This document shows, piece after piece, positions 49,198 through 60,146 of a stretch of 64,000 nucleotides of DNA; positions within the stretch are counted from its first letter, which is position 1, and each line of letters begins with the position of its first letter. The notes under the pieces are model-generated. The model saw nothing but the letters and a program-made list of their open reading frames with translations, made no database searches and was not told the DNA's origin. The DNA comes from Porphyridium purpureum (lineage: Eukaryota). Location of the stretch: assembly GCA_008690995.1 (NCBI GenBank), contig VRMN01000006.1, positions 682,001 to 746,000 on the forward strand. Reading direction: 5' to 3'. The translations under genes and the position numbers were made by a program.

Positions 49198-52143
49198 ATG
49201 GACGCGCCGCCCGGACCGTCGTCGCCGTGGCGAATGAGTCACGATCGCGCGCCGGCGGCCAGCAGCGTGAGCCAAGCTCGCGCCGTGAACACAGACGCGG
49301 CAGATACATATCACCAACCGGACCGCGTAGATCAGCAGATGCTCACGCAGCACTCATCCGGCAGTGGCGCAGCGGCTGCGGTGATCGGCTCGCCGCAGTC
49401 CAGCCACCACCAAAGCCATTGTTCCACCCAGCAGCAGCAGATGCTACTACAACAACAACAACAGCAACAGCACCTCCACCATCAGATACAAAACCAGCAG
49501 CCAAATGGGACGCATCATCCTCAACTTCACGCGCAGCCGCCGTCCAAGCTGAACGAGCGTCACATGTCGCCGTACCCTCCCATATGCTCGTCAGACGTGG
49601 CGCCGTGCGCTAGCATGAAGCTACGGGAATTGTGCTTCGCGTTTCAACAGGATCATGACGCACGAGTCCTGGCCATGCAGAAGATGAGAAAGCCGTCGTC
49701 AAGACCACCGAGCTTAGATGACGACGTGGTACACGCGCAAGAAGGGTTCGCTGAGCAGCAAGCTAAGGAAAACAATGATGCGTCGTCGAGTGCGATGCAT
49801 CTGACGCATGCGACGCCGCCCAGCACGGGAAAACGTGTTTTTACAGAGCTTGATTTGAGCGAAGCCTCACATACAGCGCCCGGCAGAACGACGAGTGTCT
49901 CACCGTCCCCTTCACAAAGACACTGCTCGCCACCGTCTAGCCTGAAGGACGGAAGCGACCATACTAGCACCGCAAGCTCGCCCCTCTCACCTTTCAGCAT
50001 AGTCATGCGTCGCTCGTCGCTATTTACGGAGCCGGACGGCTACAAGCTGCAGCTCAGCAAGTCGATGTGCGATGCCACGGCAGCGATGGGGCCTTTGCCA
50101 GACGATCGATGGACGTTAGAATTGTCCGCATCATCTGCGCATGGCGAGGACGATCTGGGCAAGAGAGAAAAGGGTTCCACGCTGTTGCTCTCCCCATCAC
50201 AATCACCGGCGTCGCGGCCGCCGAAAGTGCGCAGAATATCGGGGTTATCTGACAGTGTTCAGTCGTCTCCCGCGGTGAGACGCAAGGAGCCTCCGCAAAT
50301 CGCGCCCTTTTATTTTCCAAACGGAAAGGACGGCGACGAGCGTGAGCGCCGCGAAATGAGCTTTCTCAAGACATTTCTTGAAACTCAGCGCGCCTCGCAC
50401 GCGAACCAAAGCGCACCGTTGGTCACCGGTACCGTGTCCGGTACGACCAACAGCAATGTTGTGCGGATGGGAAGCATGAGCCGCACCGGTAGCGTGGACG
50501 AAAGCGTTGCGACGTCCATGGACACTTCACATCCGCATGGGGGCTCAGGCACTGCAGCGAACACTATCTCAGGATCGGCCCTTGACGGCTTTGGCGCGTC
50601 GCACCAAGGTGTAAATAGCAATACCTTCGCCATGGATCATATTCACTCAACTGGGTTGCCGGCGCAGCTACCTGCATCTTTGCCTCCCCATCCGCATTTA
50701 AGCTTGGGGTCGGTGGAAGGCGCGCAGCTGCACATTTTCTGGCCAGACTTTGTTGGTCTGGTGGTAAGCGTGGCGGGACTTCCGTCGTTTTTGTCGAAGA
50801 TGATTTTCAACCGCCTGCAGGAAGCAGCGAACTGCGCCGGTATGACGCACATTCCACAAGAGGCGTTTGTGAGCTTCTACATGGAGTCGTGTATGGGCTT
50901 GCGCCCGGCGCAGCGACTGGTGCGCACGCTGCTAAACGGAGCAAATCGCTCCTTTCTGATCCGGTCTGATTTTGAGGCCATGTTGAGCGCACTCCTCGGT
51001 ACGCACCCGGGCCTTTTATTTCTGCAGCACACACCTGAGTTTCAGCATCGCTACGCTGAGACAGTGATCGAACGCATCTTCTACAATCTCTCCTCGAGCC
51101 CGCACGCGAACCGCCTCGTGCTCCGTGACGTTGAGCAGCACAAGTTTCTTGAAACGTTGCTCGAAGTAGACGTGAGCGAGGATATCAATCGCGAGCGGAG
51201 GTACTTTTCGTACGAGCACTTTTATGTGTTGTATTGTCGTTTCTGGGAGCTGGACACAGATCATGACCTCATGCTAAGCAAGGCGGATCTGCTGCGGTAT
51301 GGCCAGCACTCGCTCACGAGCATCATCGTGGACCGCGTGTTCTCCGGCGCTGGGCGGCCGCGCTTGTGGAAGGACAAGGATACGCTGTCGTACATTGACT
51401 TCATTTGGTTTTGCTTGAGCGAAGAGGACAAGACCAGTCGCACCGCCATCACATACTGGTTCCATTGCCTAGATCTGGACGGTGATGGGGCACTGTCGCT
51501 GTATGAACTGGAAGAATTTTACAAGGAGCAGGTGCACCGCATGGAATGCCTAGGTCACGAGCCGATCGCTCTGCGGGATGTGGTTTGTCAAATTCTGGAC
51601 ATGCTGAACAAGCCCATGGCCAAGGAACCCGTGATCCATGTGCAAGACCTTATCCGCAGCAAGCTCAGTGCCAACTTTTTCAATCTCATGTTCAACCTGA
51701 GCAAACTGTTCATGTTGGAAGCACGTGACCCGCTGACGATTCGCAACGAGCATGTCACTCCCGAGCTGACTCCATGGGACCGGTTCGCGGCAGTAGAATA
51801 TCTGCGCCTGAGCTCGGAAGAGGAGGACGTGGACCAAGGGGAAGCTCAGGGACAGTCACAGGAGAGCGCGGCACACCTTGGGATCGAAAACGAGACCAAT
51901 GGCGATGCCCAGCCCACTCATCAGCAATTACAGCAGCACGAACAAGATCAGCAGCAAGCGTCTTCTGCGGGTCAAATGCTGCCTCAGGATCCCGCCGAGC
52001 AGGGCGGCGAACATCAGGAGCACGACGCGTCGCACCTTCCGCTGCGGCCGCAATCGAGCGAGCCTCAGCAGCAGCAGCATGAGCACCACTTGCCGCAGGA
52101 CGCAGTAGAGGAACTGGTAGGCTCACAGCGCTGGCTCATGTAA
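49198..52143 (+). CDS. PP2A regulatory subunit B'' (EF-hand type) with long poly-Q/disordered N-terminus
   Basis: HPGLLFL...PEFQHRYAETVIERIFY, YFSYEHFYVLYCRFWELDTDHD, SEEDKT, YWFHCLDLDGDG, WDRFAAVEY. Confidence 0.93.
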   Translation: MDAPPGPSSPWRMSHDRAPAASSVSQARAVNTDAADTYHQPDRVDQQMLTQHSSGSGAAAAVIGSPQSSHHQSHCSTQQQQMLLQQQQQQQHLHHQIQNQQPNGTHHPQLHAQPPSKLNERHMSPYPPICSSDVAPCASMKLRELCFAFQQDHDARVLAMQKMRKPSSRPPSLDDDVVHAQEGFAEQQAKENNDASSSAMHLTHATPPSTGKRVFTELDLSEASHTAPGRTTSVSPSPSQRHCSPPSSLKDGSDHTSTASSPLSPFSIVMRRSSLFTEPDGYKLQLSKSMCDATAAMGPLPDDRWTLELSASSAHGEDDLGKREKGSTLLLSPSQSPASRPPKVRRISGLSDSVQSSPAVRRKEPPQIAPFYFPNGKDGDERERREMSFLKTFLETQRASHANQSAPLVTGTVSGTTNSNVVRMGSMSRTGSVDESVATSMDTSHPHGGSGTAANTISGSALDGFGASHQGVNSNTFAMDHIHSTGLPAQLPASLPPHPHLSLGSVEGAQLHIFWPDFVGLVVSVAGLPSFLSKMIFNRLQEAANCAGMTHIPQEAFVSFYMESCMGLRPAQRLVRTLLNGANRSFLIRSDFEAMLSALLGTHPGLLFLQHTPEFQHRYAETVIERIFYNLSSSPHANRLVLRDVEQHKFLETLLEVDVSEDINRERRYFSYEHFYVLYCRFWELDTDHDLMLSKADLLRYGQHSLTSIIVDRVFSGAGRPRLWKDKDTLSYIDFIWFCLSEEDKTSRTAITYWFHCLDLDGDGALSLYELEEFYKEQVHRMECLGHEPIALRDVVCQILDMLNKPMAKEPVIHVQDLIRSKLSANFFNLMFNLSKLFMLEARDPLTIRNEHVTPELTPWDRFAAVEYLRLSSEEEDVDQGEAQGQSQESAAHLGIENETNGDAQPTHQQLQQHEQDQQQASSAGQMLPQDPAEQGGEHQEHDASHLPLRPQSSEPQQQQHEHHLPQDAVEELVGSQRWLM

Positions 52144-52624
52144 ACAACACGCAGAGCAATAGCACCTTCATCTTGCCTCTCAGGCAGGTTTGCAGACTTC
52201 GGCCCGGCGAAACCTTGCTCGCACCCGCCTAGCGACCCCGCTACAACTTGGGGTTCACCGAAGGTTCAGTTCATGAAGGTACAGTTTACTGTACCGCATT
52301 TTAATTTTCCTTCTCTCTCATTTTCATTGAGGAACATCAGGGTGCGCGAAAGTTGGATTTGAGCAGCTGGTGTCTTGGGACACAAGGTGGCCCGGGGCGC
52401 GCAATGCAGTGCCGCACGCCTCTGCGCGCCAGCTGCACGGGCAGCGTACAGCCGTGCGCATTGTGACGCTGAAATGCGCGTAGGAGCTCTGCACTCACGG
52501 GCACGGCCAGGTGAAAGTGGCAGTCCGAGCTGTGTTCCTGTTTAATGTACCTTCTCGACGGGCCTCGGTCCAAGCGGCTCGCGAAACAGCCTGCGCCCAA
52601 AGCTGGAACACCAGGCTTTCTTTC

Positions 52625-54424
52625 TTACGGGTCTGGATATTTCATGCCTCCAATGACGTTGGTCAGACGAGAGAGGTGAATGATTTGGGGCTGCGCATTG
52701 GCGTATGTGGGTGCACTGTACGTGAGCACTCGAGCAGCGTCCTGAATACACCGGTCCCGGTGCTCGAAATTAGGCGAGTCAGCGCAAAGCGAGTCCGGAA
52801 GCGCGCCGCGCCCATTCACGTGCGCCAGGCGCGGTGAAAGCACCTGCGCGATGGTTAGCCGCAGCGCGGAGCCATCTGGCAACTGGAAAATGTGCTGAAC
52901 CAATCCCTTGCCAAAGGTCGGGAGCCCAATGATCGGCGCGCGATCATTGTCGCGCAGGCTGACTGCAAGAATTTCGGAAGAGCTGGCGCTAGCGCCGTTT
53001 GTGAGCACCACCACGGGCGTACGCGCTAATAAGGGGCCAAACGGCGTATCGCACTTTTGTCCTTCGACGGTGTGCTCTTGCAGCACGCCGTTGCTATCCT
53101 CGGTAATCACAAGGACAGTGTCCCCTTCGTCAAAGAACATGGTACCCATGCGAAGTGCCTCTTGAAAAACGCCACCGCTGTTGTTGCGCAAGTCCAGTAT
53201 CACGCCCTGCACTTTGCTTGAAGCAAACGTTTGCAAAGCTTCAGCCAACATGTCCGTGCTTTTGTGATTGAAGTAGTGGATGCGCACATAACCCAGACGC
53301 GTACTCTTGCCGGTCCTTTCGTCTATTGAATCAAAAATTTCGGCGCGCACTGGCGGCGCGTGCAAGCGACTTCGAGTCAAGGTGACCTCACGCAGTCCCT
53401 CACGACTGTTGCCTAACGCCATCGTGAGCGTCACACGTGTTCCAGGCTCGCCGCGCAAGAGTGCCGCGACCTCGTCGCTCGACAAGTCCACGACTGCCGT
53501 GCCATCAACTGCGACGAGGCGCTCTCCTATTGAAATGCCGCCAATTTCGGCCGGCGATGCTGGAACGGGGCCCAGGACGGCCCAGCCTCCTAGGCTCTTA
53601 ACGTCGCCGGCCCTTCTGAGGTCGAGCTGTAGCCCGACGCCTGAAATAGAGTGGGTTCGCGAGCGCTGCGGGTTCATCAAGGTTTGGAATTCTTCCTGAT
53701 CAAGGTATGCAGAGTACGGGTCATGCAAGGTTTTCACGACATCTTTGAGGAAAGCGTGCGCTTGCGCTTGCGAGGTTAGAAACGCTTGATCGAGCTCGTG
53801 CGACACAAGTCTCGACCCCAAGTCGTGGAACAGCTGTTCGTCAAAATGTAGACCTCCCGCCTGGTCGAAAAAGAAGGCACGAATCATTTGCACCGTTTCT
53901 AGCGCTGTCGCGCGATTCGCACCTACTAAATCGGCAGTCTTTGGGATGACGGCTGGCGCGGCTTCCATTTGCTGCACCATGGCCGGGCCCGCGGCGACCG
54001 CGATGCCAGCACTTCCGAGCGCTAGAGCTGCGACGCAAAAGCTCACGAGCGCTCGGCGGCACGCCTGTCCCCACGGGGACACGCTCATTTCCACTTGCGT
54101 CGAAGTGCATGCCTCTCTTCGTGTGTTTGACCTCGCGACCGCGCTACGCAGTACTCTTCTTGCCCTTCTCGCATGCATGCGCGACAGACTCGGGCAGACA
54201 AAGCCAACGCACAGGCCAGCGCTGCGGTAAAATGAGAGGTGATCCACGGACGGGCATCGCCGTTTGCGCGCTACCCAGTCCCGAAGCGGCGCATCACGCG
54301 GCTCCGCACGACGCGCGCTCCACACCGGTGTCCAAAATAGGACTGCTTGTTTTGGCAGAGATTCTCTGCGTGGACGACATGAGCGTTCGCGTGTGGCATC
54401 TACCGCTCTTCCCTCCGTGTCCAT
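52625..54424 (-). CDS. ctpA: C-terminal processing peptidase (S41A, CtpA-like) with PDZ domain; start uncertain (54424 or 54178)
   Basis: DPYSAYL, GVGLQL, ILDLRNNSGG, SASSSEI, TFGKGLVQ; lumen-signal-like RRALVSF...AVAA. Confidence 0.9.
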   Translation of the reverse strand: MDTEGRAVDATRERSCRPRRESLPKQAVLFWTPVWSARRAEPRDAPLRDWVARKRRCPSVDHLSFYRSAGLCVGFVCPSLSRMHARRARRVLRSAVARSNTRREACTSTQVEMSVSPWGQACRRALVSFCVAALALGSAGIAVAAGPAMVQQMEAAPAVIPKTADLVGANRATALETVQMIRAFFFDQAGGLHFDEQLFHDLGSRLVSHELDQAFLTSQAQAHAFLKDVVKTLHDPYSAYLDQEEFQTLMNPQRSRTHSISGVGLQLDLRRAGDVKSLGGWAVLGPVPASPAEIGGISIGERLVAVDGTAVVDLSSDEVAALLRGEPGTRVTLTMALGNSREGLREVTLTRSRLHAPPVRAEIFDSIDERTGKSTRLGYVRIHYFNHKSTDMLAEALQTFASSKVQGVILDLRNNSGGVFQEALRMGTMFFDEGDTVLVITEDSNGVLQEHTVEGQKCDTPFGPLLARTPVVVLTNGASASSSEILAVSLRDNDRAPIIGLPTFGKGLVQHIFQLPDGSALRLTIAQVLSPRLAHVNGRGALPDSLCADSPNFEHRDRCIQDAARVLTYSAPTYANAQPQIIHLSRLTNVIGGMKYPDP

Positions 54425-55036
54425 CCTGGTCAGGCTACGACTCTCCTTTGCTTCGACGGATACCAACCCAACTACTTCACCTTCCAGTAACGAGAACAAA
54501 AAATCGCCATAAAAGCAGCCAAATTTGCTATGAAAACCGTTGAAGGTCTCGCGCTCGTGCGGAGAACGCGCATACGCGCATGCGCCTGACCTCCTGACGC
54601 CCAAGCTCCGCAGCGCACACGCCGGGACCACCTCGACAAGAACTCAATAATGTTTCAGAACACTCGCAATCAGGATGCGTCGGTTCATGCCAGCCTGCTC
54701 GGCACAGTCTATCATCCACTGCTTTACCGCGCCGAAATCCGTGACGAATCGATCACAGTGGCGCGTTGCGTGAAGCACAAAGGCTCAGCCTGACGCAAGA
54801 CGAAAGCGATGTCTGCGCGGATGCAGACCAGAGCACATGTGAGCCAATATCTGGCGGACAGGTAGCCGTCCACTTTGTCCTGCTTCAGCGGTGTTGCGGT
54901 GCGCACATTGGCGCAGGAATTTGCCGAGGAATTTGCGGAGCAATTTAATTCTTTCAGAATTGTTGTGCCGTTGCATGTTTTGCGCTTACGGGAGATGGAG
55001 ATGAGGAGAGGAAGAGGATGCAGATGAGGAGAAGAC

Positions 55037-57250
55037 ATGGCGGCATGGGGAGTATTCTGTGGCGTGTCTGGCAGAGCTGGAGAAGCACGCCGGGAGACGC
55101 GTGTGCGAGAATGCCGCGGTCCGTGGATGTGCGCGCAAGAGCGCAGTGAAAGGCGCTCGCCGGAGGCTCGCGCACCAGCGGTGAAAGTGGAGCCGGGACA
55201 GGGACGCACGGCAGAGGTGCTCAGAGCTCGCCGTGAGGACGCGGAAATGGTCGTGGCGCCGGAAAAGAAGAAGCCGCGCGTTTTGAGGTCGCGGCATATC
55301 GACGTGCTACCGCCAGTGATCGCGAATCTGGCCAGCAGAGATAATGTGCAGGGCGTCGATGACGCCGAGCTCCGAGAAATGTTTGCGCCGTCGGTCCGGC
55401 CTGCGCGGCTGCGAATCGTGGTCACAGGAAAGCCGGTGTCAGGCAAAGGTACGTATGGTCCCCTCTTGTCGAAGAAGTACGGCATGGTGCACGTCAGCAC
55501 GGGCAACTTGCTGCGTGCTGAGGTTCGGTCCGGCACGGAACTGGGAATGCGCGTACAGCATATTCTCGACTCGGGCGCGCTTTTGGATGATGAAACAATG
55601 TGCGAGCTTTTGGCAAACAGGCTTCGGGAACAGGACTGCGCGCAGCGAGGCTTCATATTGGACGGCTTTCCTCGCACGGGCGCACAGGTAGATCTGATGA
55701 AAGAGCAAGGCATCGACGTGGACGCCGTGTTTTTGTTTGAGCGTGACGACGAGGATGTGCTGCGCTGGGCTCTGCATCGGCGTATGGACCCTCTCACGGG
55801 TGTCATTTACCACCCAGAGTTCAACCCGGCGCCGGACGCCGTACTACATCGACTGGAGACACGTTCGGATGATAAAGAACATGTCATCAGGCGTCGACTG
55901 GAGATTTTCCACGAGACGTTTCCAGGAATCGAGCAGCGCTGGAGCGACCGTATCATCAAGATCGACACGGCCGCAGGCCGGCCCTACTTGCAGATTTGGC
56001 GCGATCTGAGCGATGCTGTGGACAGTTTGCTTCCGTCTGACGGGGAGGGCGAGGAGGCCGAGATTGAAACCGAGGAGGTGGACGGTGCCTGGTTCTCAGA
56101 CTGGGAAGAAGATGAGGAAGAGGCGCTGACGTCTTCAAACGCGCTCTCATGGCGAAATTTAGACATTGACCACGACGCACAAGCTCGTTTAGGGCTCAAC
56201 GGCGTCAAAGCGGCAACCTTCGACACCCCGCTGAAAGCAGGTGCTCTGCTCAGCATTGTCCGCGAGTGTAACCGTCACGATCTGGCAAGTTATGTTCCAT
56301 TTTTTATCGATGACAAGATTGTGGGTTACCTCGGAAAGCAACTCGCCGCCGAGCTGCGTTCGGTGTGCGATGCAGGACGTGATCGCCGGCTTGACATCGA
56401 GCTGGAAACGTGCAGTCTTGACCACGCTACCGTTTCGCAAGGCTCAGTACGTCTCTCCAAAGAGATGCTCGAGCTCAGCCCGAAAGAACGCTCGGAACGA
56501 TTTGACGAGCTCGTGGACGAGTTGCGGTTCCGTGGACTTGTGAGGGACTACGGTAGGCGGGCGCTTTTTACAGATGACACCGACTCGGATGGTCATGATC
56601 AGAAGCGCAGTGAGACCCCCAAGCAAGGCACCGTTCCCGTGCCTCTGTCCTTTGTTGAAGACCGTGCGCCGCTGTTGGTGGTGGGCCCAGACGTTGCAGG
56701 CTTCTTGGGCCTTTCCACATATGGGCTGAACGTGAACGCGTACACACTGCGAGACGGCAATGAAATGCACGTATGGATTTCGCGGCGCAGCTATTCGCAC
56801 AGTGCCTATTCTGGAATGCTTGATCAGCTGGTGTCTGTTCCGCGGGTTGCTCCACGAAGCATGGCGCGTCTGGAGTCCACCTTGCGCAAGGCGTGCGTGG
56901 AGCGCGCAAGCATTCGCGAAGACATTTACGAGAAGGCGCGGCCATGCGGCGCCGTGAGCTATCGGTACGAAAGCAGGAAAGGGCTCCAGACACGACGTCT
57001 CCTGTGCTATGACCTAGAGATACCCGCGGACTTCAGTCCTAGTTGTGGGTACGGTCAAGTTGATCGGTTCGAGTGCATACCGGCCTCTGTCCTTCTCGTG
57101 CGACTGTGCGAAAGACCAGAGGAATGGAGGCCAAGCTCTGCTCTCGTGTTCATCGACTTTTGCATTCGGCATGGGTTTATCCGAGCTGGGAACGAGCCCG
57201 ACTTTTCCCGAGTTGTTCATGAGCTTCATGCAGGCGCTGAAGTTCTCTAG
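55037..57250 (+). CDS. Plastid-type adenylate kinase fused to a NUDX20/YJR142W-like Nudix domain
   Basis: AK: GKPVSGKGT, STGNLLR, GFILDGFPRT, RRMDPLTGVIYH, RSDD; Nudix: YGLNVNAY, VWISRRS, GMLDQLV, GAVSY, CYDLEIP, IDFCIRHG. Confidence 0.88.
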   Translation: MAAWGVFCGVSGRAGEARRETRVRECRGPWMCAQERSERRSPEARAPAVKVEPGQGRTAEVLRARREDAEMVVAPEKKKPRVLRSRHIDVLPPVIANLASRDNVQGVDDAELREMFAPSVRPARLRIVVTGKPVSGKGTYGPLLSKKYGMVHVSTGNLLRAEVRSGTELGMRVQHILDSGALLDDETMCELLANRLREQDCAQRGFILDGFPRTGAQVDLMKEQGIDVDAVFLFERDDEDVLRWALHRRMDPLTGVIYHPEFNPAPDAVLHRLETRSDDKEHVIRRRLEIFHETFPGIEQRWSDRIIKIDTAAGRPYLQIWRDLSDAVDSLLPSDGEGEEAEIETEEVDGAWFSDWEEDEEEALTSSNALSWRNLDIDHDAQARLGLNGVKAATFDTPLKAGALLSIVRECNRHDLASYVPFFIDDKIVGYLGKQLAAELRSVCDAGRDRRLDIELETCSLDHATVSQGSVRLSKEMLELSPKERSERFDELVDELRFRGLVRDYGRRALFTDDTDSDGHDQKRSETPKQGTVPVPLSFVEDRAPLLVVGPDVAGFLGLSTYGLNVNAYTLRDGNEMHVWISRRSYSHSAYSGMLDQLVSVPRVAPRSMARLESTLRKACVERASIREDIYEKARPCGAVSYRYESRKGLQTRRLLCYDLEIPADFSPSCGYGQVDRFECIPASVLLVRLCERPEEWRPSSALVFIDFCIRHGFIRAGNEPDFSRVVHELHAGAEVL

Positions 57251-58507
57251 CTAAACTCTGGTGCCAATCGCACGCGTGCCAGAGCAGAAGGTGTTCCATG
57301 CGGCGCCGTGAACATTCCGCAGCAATGCCATGAAGACCGTCGCTCATGCCCAAGTTGCTTTCGCTCTTCATGGCACGTTCATCATTGAATTCTTCGCCCG
57401 CCGGTACGCGCAGACTGCTTGGTCGTCATGCATATGAGCAGGATGTCATCATTCTCCGTTGGGTGGTCGGAAAGCCTAGACGGCATGCAGCCAAGTAGCT
57501 CAGCGACGATAAAGTTGCACTCGTCGGACGCGCGACGGATTGCTGCAGAGGAAGAGTCGAGAGTCCGGAGGATATGAAGTGCTCTCAAATGATGTACATG
57601 TTGAGAAAGAACCAAAGGAAGAGAAACTAGGAAATACAATATTCTACGACAAAACTTGTGTGACAGAGTCGCACTGCCGAGTTTGCTTGCTCGCTCCAAA
57701 ACCGAGGCAATGCTGCCCGCGTCCTGTGCATGCCCCACCTCTGAGTGCGTGACGAGCTCTCGCTACCGCTCAAGGCTCGGTTCCACAATTGCGCGCTTCC
57801 GTTGCTTATTGATCTTTTCATCCTCGAGAGCCGCCTCGCTGTCACCGCCACCAATACTGGCAAGTAGTTGTGCAAATACATCCCGTTTTCCGCTTAAGAT
57901 CCTGCGCAGTTGCTCGGAATCTGGCCCTGAGCTTCAAGCTACTGTCGCGGCATTTTCACCCATTCACGCCATTGCAGTTCCTGATTTGACCGTGCATCAA
58001 CGTTGCTCACGGAGATAGAATGCATCTATCCTTGCTTAGTTGCCATGAAGTTTGGCATCGACGACGGGGCTCTCCACACCGATGCCCCTTGATGCTTCGA
58101 AGCGCAACAAAGGTCTGTCGGCTTTCTCCTCGAACAGCGCTTGGCCATCTCCATCTTACTTGCGTAGCCTTGTTTTCCGACCACTACAATCCAAGCAATC
58201 ACACAACCACGAGGCACCTGGCTCTAGCTCCGTATTTTGCCCTCAGGCATAGCTCTGTGCCCAGCTCGCACCGCCATGTTCGGTTGTCATCGCATGCATC
58301 AGCGCGGCAGTCTTTGCGGGCATCTGGCCGGCAAAGCGGCGAGCGATTCGCACAGTCGCGCTGTTTATCAGAGCCTTCGCCACCACGACATTGCGCTCGA
58401 GGCAACCGCGTCGGCGCCTAACACGCGCACTCCGTGTTCAACTCGCGAAAAGTTGAAGCGGACGCCGGCGGTGTGAACGAGCCGACGTCGATGTGTGCGT
58501 GGACGAG

Positions 58508-60037
58508 ATGCTGGTGTCTGTGAGTTGGGTTGGGCGCGAGCAGGCGCAGGTGATTCTTGCGCAAGATGAAATAGCGGCGGATGGCCCAGGCGGCAGCAAA
58601 GAAGCGTCGTCAGCGGCCATGGAAGACGACGGTGCGGGCGCTGGAGATGATGGTTTGGATGCGGACACGGAGAATCCACAGGATATAATCTCAGATCTGC
58701 TGGCAGGAAATGCAAAGGGGCTAAAGGTGTTCAAGTCGAACAAGGAAGATCCGTTTCTGGTCGATGCGTCCGATGCGCCGTACGACGAGGATGACTTGGA
58801 GGACCTCAGAATCAAGCCGACCGATGCGCAGCTTGTATGCGCAAGGAGCAGTGATGAGGTGTCACAAATTGAGGTGTACGTCTACGAGTCGCTCGACGAT
58901 GGTACAAACCATATGTACATCCATCACGATATCATTTTGCCCGCGATGCCACTATGTACCGCCTGGACAAATTACGATCCTCGCTCGCAATCGCGCTCGG
59001 CCAACATGCTGGCCGTCGGAACGTTTCTTCCTTCCATCGATATTTTTGACCTCAACATGGTGGACGAGCTTGAAGCGTTTGCAACTCTGGGCGGATTCGT
59101 ACCAAACACGCCAGCGAACGAGTCCAGCGCGGCCGGTAGCCAAGGCTCCCGGAAGCAGGGCAAAAGAAAGACCCGACTGAAGCCGCAGCTCAAATTGAAA
59201 GATAGCAGTCACTCAGCGGCAGTCATGTGCCTGGCGTGGAATCCGCTAGATCCTGAATATCTGGCGTCTGGCTCTGCGGATGAGACGATTAAGTGCTGGG
59301 ACGTTGATAGTGCGCATTGCGTGCAAACGCTTTCGCACCACAAGAACAAGGTACAATCCGTTGCATGGCACCCGTCTGAGCGTGGCTGCCTGCTCACAGG
59401 TTCGTTTGACCGGACGGCGAGCGTCGTAGACGTGCGGTCCGAGGTAGTTGCATGCACGGCATCGTTGTCGTCAGATATTGAGTCTTGTGCTTGGAGCACA
59501 CGCGATACAAATTGCTTCTACGCGTGCACGGAAGGAGGCTTGGTACAGCTGTTTGACGTGCGGAACGTATCAAAGGCCAGGTGGGAACTACAAGCGCATG
59601 CGGGACCTGTGTCCGCCTTCTCGATATCCACTTGTGTTCAGGGCCTGTTTGCGACAGGCTCGACTGATCACGTGCTGAAAGTTTGGGACGAGTCGGCTAC
59701 ATCGGATGTGCCGGCCCTTCTTCTTGCAAAGAATGCGAATGCTGGTGCCATTTTTGGTCTGGCTTGGTCCACAGACCAGGAGACCAGCCTCAGTTTAGGC
59801 GTCGTCGGCTCAAAAGGACGCTTACGAGTGCGTAATCTGGCTGCCGTGACATATGGCCTTAAAGGAAAACTAGACGCTTCAAGAGTGTCAAGCGTGGTGT
59901 GGCATCGCGCCAAGGCGGAAGGCGAACAAGCCAAAGGTGAGAAAGGGCGCGAGTCACGCAACACACCCGCGATGCGCGACGAGGACGACGAGTCTGAGGA
60001 TCCTGACGAAGAGGAAGACTCATCTGATGGCGAGTAA
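58508..60037 (+). CDS. PWP1: Periodic tryptophan protein Pwp1 (WD40)
   Basis: DLEDLRIKPTD, EVYVYE, YIHHDIILPAMPLC, LASGSADETIKCWD, HHKNKVQ. Confidence 0.93.
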   Translation: MLVSVSWVGREQAQVILAQDEIAADGPGGSKEASSAAMEDDGAGAGDDGLDADTENPQDIISDLLAGNAKGLKVFKSNKEDPFLVDASDAPYDEDDLEDLRIKPTDAQLVCARSSDEVSQIEVYVYESLDDGTNHMYIHHDIILPAMPLCTAWTNYDPRSQSRSANMLAVGTFLPSIDIFDLNMVDELEAFATLGGFVPNTPANESSAAGSQGSRKQGKRKTRLKPQLKLKDSSHSAAVMCLAWNPLDPEYLASGSADETIKCWDVDSAHCVQTLSHHKNKVQSVAWHPSERGCLLTGSFDRTASVVDVRSEVVACTASLSSDIESCAWSTRDTNCFYACTEGGLVQLFDVRNVSKARWELQAHAGPVSAFSISTCVQGLFATGSTDHVLKVWDESATSDVPALLLAKNANAGAIFGLAWSTDQETSLSLGVVGSKGRLRVRNLAAVTYGLKGKLDASRVSSVVWHRAKAEGEQAKGEKGRESRNTPAMRDEDDESEDPDEEEDSSDGE

Positions 60038-60146
60038 ACCAGAAAGCAAACCCAAGAAATATAAAATGAAGAATGTACGGAATCGGCTGATGTCGCCCAT
60101 CGCGACCGTTTCTATTTTGTGGCGGCACGACCAAGCGCACATGATT

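Noticed and set aside
48377..49353. His/Thr/Pro-rich minus-strand ORFs
   Set aside because: Arise from GT/GA-rich leader repeats of the PP2A B'' gene
54724..55806. 360-aa minus-strand ORF
   Set aside because: Antisense shadow of the adenylate kinase
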